Origin: Candidatus Binatia bacterium
Lineage (GTDB): Bacteria > Desulfobacterota > Binatia > UBA9968 > CAXXLF01
Reading direction: 5' to 3'
DNA: 64,000 nucleotides
Assembly: GCA_963664015.2 (NCBI GenBank)
Contig: CAXXLF010000002.1
Span: 2,112,001 to 2,176,000, forward strand
Shown here one piece after another: positions 62,009-64,000 of this stretch. Made by a program: the position numbers and the translations under genes. The stretch's first letter is position 1, and each line of letters begins with the position of its first letter. Below the pieces are notes generated by a model. It was not told the origin of the DNA, did no database searches, and worked only from the letters and a program-made list of their open reading frames with translations.

Positions 62009-63305
62009 AACGCTTCTCCTTTTTCATTCGGATTTTTACCGCTCTTGCGTGTTCGTCGAGACCCTCCAGCTCAGCGATCCTGATGATGGAGGGTGCGAGC
62101 GACTTCAGAGCCCCTTGGGTGGATTGGATAAGACTCGTACGTTTTACGAAATCGTAAACGCCCAGAGGCGAAAAAAAACGCGCGGTTCCGCCGGTAGGCA
62201 GGACATGGTTGGGTCCCGCCATGTAATCCCCAAGAGGCGGTGTGGAGTAGGGGCCGATAAATAAGGCGCCGGCGTTACGGATGGAACGTGCCCACTTCTG
62301 TGGATTGCGTACCATCACCTCCACGTGCTCCGGGGCAATAGCGTTGACGAGCTGAACCCCTTGCTCGAGGTTGCGCGTAACGATGATTGCGCCGAAACGT
62401 CTCAGAGCCTTGACCGTGATAGTCTTGCGCTTGGTCTCCCGAATTTGTCGCTCCAGGGAGGCCTCTACCTTTCGGGCAAGTATGCGTGAAGGCGTAACGC
62501 ACAGGGCTGATGCCAGTTCGTCATGTTCCGCTTGGGAGAGCATATCTGCCGCGATGTAGTCGGGGTTCGCGCTGGCATCGGCCAGCAGCAGCACCTCACT
62601 GGGCCCAGCTATGGAGTCGATACCGATCTGCCCGAAAAGGAGCCGTTTCGCCGTTGCCACATAGATATTTCCCGGTCCCACAACCTTGTCGACTTTGGGA
62701 ACCGTGTTGGTGCCGTAGGCGAGTGCGGCAATGGCCTGGGCGCCTCCAATTCGAAAGATGCGGTTCACACCGGCGATCCTGCCGGCGGCCAGGATGGGCA
62801 GGGCGTTGTCCCCCAGGGGGGAAGTCATCACCACTTCCCTGACCCCGGCGACCTTTGCGGGAATCACGTTCATGAGAACTGTTGAGGGGTAACAGGCCTT
62901 GCCACCGGGAACATAGACCCCTACCCGTTCCAGAGGACTAATCTTCTGTCCCAGGATGAGACCCAAGGGGTCACGATAGGTCCAACTGGGCTGCAACTGG
63001 TGGCGGTGGAAATGGGTAATTCGCCGCGCCGCAAGGCGTAGAGCTCGCAGGTCTTCCTTGGGGAGTCGTTTTACAGCCTGGTCCATTTCCCTCGGCGTTA
63101 CCTCGATGCCTTTTGGGCTAAGACGGATGCCGTCAAACGCCTTGGCGTATCGGCATAGGGCACGGTCCCCACTCTGGCGTACTGTCCGGATGATTTCCCG
63201 AACGGGACCTTCAACCTTGCCCTCCTCTTGACCTCTTCTTTCGATTATACATTTAAGGGTGCGCTCGAACTTTGGGTCGTTTGTTTCAATGAATGTTGTA
63301 ATCAC
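61992..63305 (-). CDS. hisD: Histidinol dehydrogenase
   Basis: [48 protein letters not shown]. Confidence 0.98.
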   Translation of the reverse strand: MITTFIETNDPKFERTLKCIIERRGQEEGKVEGPVREIIRTVRQSGDRALCRYAKAFDGIRLSPKGIEVTPREMDQAVKRLPKEDLRALRLAARRITHFHRHQLQPSWTYRDPLGLILGQKISPLERVGVYVPGGKACYPSTVLMNVIPAKVAGVREVVMTSPLGDNALPILAAGRIAGVNRIFRIGGAQAIAALAYGTNTVPKVDKVVGPGNIYVATAKRLLFGQIGIDSIAGPSEVLLLADASANPDYIAADMLSQAEHDELASALCVTPSRILARKVEASLERQIRETKRKTITVKALRRFGAIIVTRNLEQGVQLVNAIAPEHVEVMVRNPQKWARSIRNAGALFIGPYSTPPLGDYMAGPNHVLPTGGTARFFSPLGVYDFVKRTSLIQSTQGALKSLAPSIIRIAELEGLDEHARAVKIRMKKEKRYGKTR

Positions 63306-64000
63306 CGCTTTATCCTTTGAATGTCAGCTCCAAGTTGAGAAAGTTTCTCTTCAATCCGTTCATAACCCCGGTCCAGGTGGTAGACCCTAGAAACTTCCGT
63401 TTCGCCTTCCGCGCGCAGCGCAGCCAGGACTAACGAGACACTGGCGCGTAGGTCTGTGGCCATTACGGGGGCACCGGAAAGTCGTTTGACACCTTTAATT
63501 ATTGCGCGATTCCCTTCAAGACGGATGTCGGCTCCCATCCGACTCAATTCCTGGACATGCATAAAACGATGGTCGAAGATGTTTTCCGTAATCACACTGA
63601 CCCCTTCGGCCACCGACATGAGGACCATCATTTGCGCTTGCAGGTCGGTAGGAAAACCCGGGTAGGGGAGGGTTGTGATGTCCACACTTTTAGCCCGATT
63701 AACCCCTCTGACCTTAATGCCCTCGTCGCCTGTACAAACGGGAACACCCGCTTCCTTGAGCTTGATGAGAAAGGCATCCAGGTGATCGGTCCGTGCTCCC
63801 CGCACCGTCACCTCTCCGTCCGTCAGAGCCGCTGCCACCATGAAGGTCCCCGCCTCGATTCGGTCCGGATTGAGAACATGGGAAGTCCTGTGGAGCTCAT
63901 CGACTCCCTCGATGGTCAAGGTATTGGTCCCCCCTCCTTCTACCTTGGCCCCCATTTGATTCAGTACTGTGCCGAGTTCGGCAATCTCCGGTTCTTGAGC
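63302..64000 (-). CDS. murA: UDP-N-acetylglucosamine 1-carboxyvinyltransferase (5' part outside the window)
   Basis: [40 protein letters not shown]. Confidence 0.98.
   Translation of the reverse strand, partial: AQEPEIAELGTVLNQMGAKVEGGGTNTLTIEGVDELHRTSHVLNPDRIEAGTFMVAAALTDGEVTVRGARTDHLDAFLIKLKEAGVPVCTGDEGIKVRGVNRAKSVDITTLPYPGFPTDLQAQMMVLMSVAEGVSVITENIFDHRFMHVQELSRMGADIRLEGNRAIIKGVKRLSGAPVMATDLRASVSLVLAALRAEGETEVSRVYHLDRGYERIEEKLSQLGADIQRIKR

Overview
Bacterial chromosomal window, moderately GC-rich. Gene order (XRE-pilM..pilQ-aroC-aroK-aroB; priA-def-fmt-rpe; murA-his) and the expanded Rieske/amidohydrolase/cupin content suggest a Deltaproteobacteria-like lineage such as Ca. Binatia; this is an inference, not a tested assignment. 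Intact core genes: a double-length UvrA (runs off the left edge, absent from the ORF track), mrp/DUF971/DUF59, tRNA-Pro(CGG), rpe-fmt-def-priA, aroCKB-aroQ, speD plus membrane-fused speE, mtnBDC, a DEAD-box helicase, queDE, moaC, trxB, hisFAHBD and partial murA. About 27.4-51.3 kb is an accessory catabolic region of unknown substrate: three Rieske oxygenase alpha genes, a beta subunit, two amidohydrolases, two cupins, a divergent OCD/mu-crystallin, a ferritin-like diiron protein, LLM, VOC, GST, TAXI and MFS genes. Three things are not explained by the ORF track. (1) Erosion confined to accessory genes: about ten pseudogenes, several being deletion-fusion scars, most clearly pilMNOPQ collapsed into a pilM::pilQ chimera. 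(2) Nested palindromic intergenic elements, including two perfect 13-bp hairpins with different stems and exactly complementary 8-nt loops (33184-33273) and an IS200/IS605-like miniature element. (3) A candidate ~115-nt rod-shaped ncRNA behind a TATAAT box (29852-29975). All calls were made by eye; no database searches were run.
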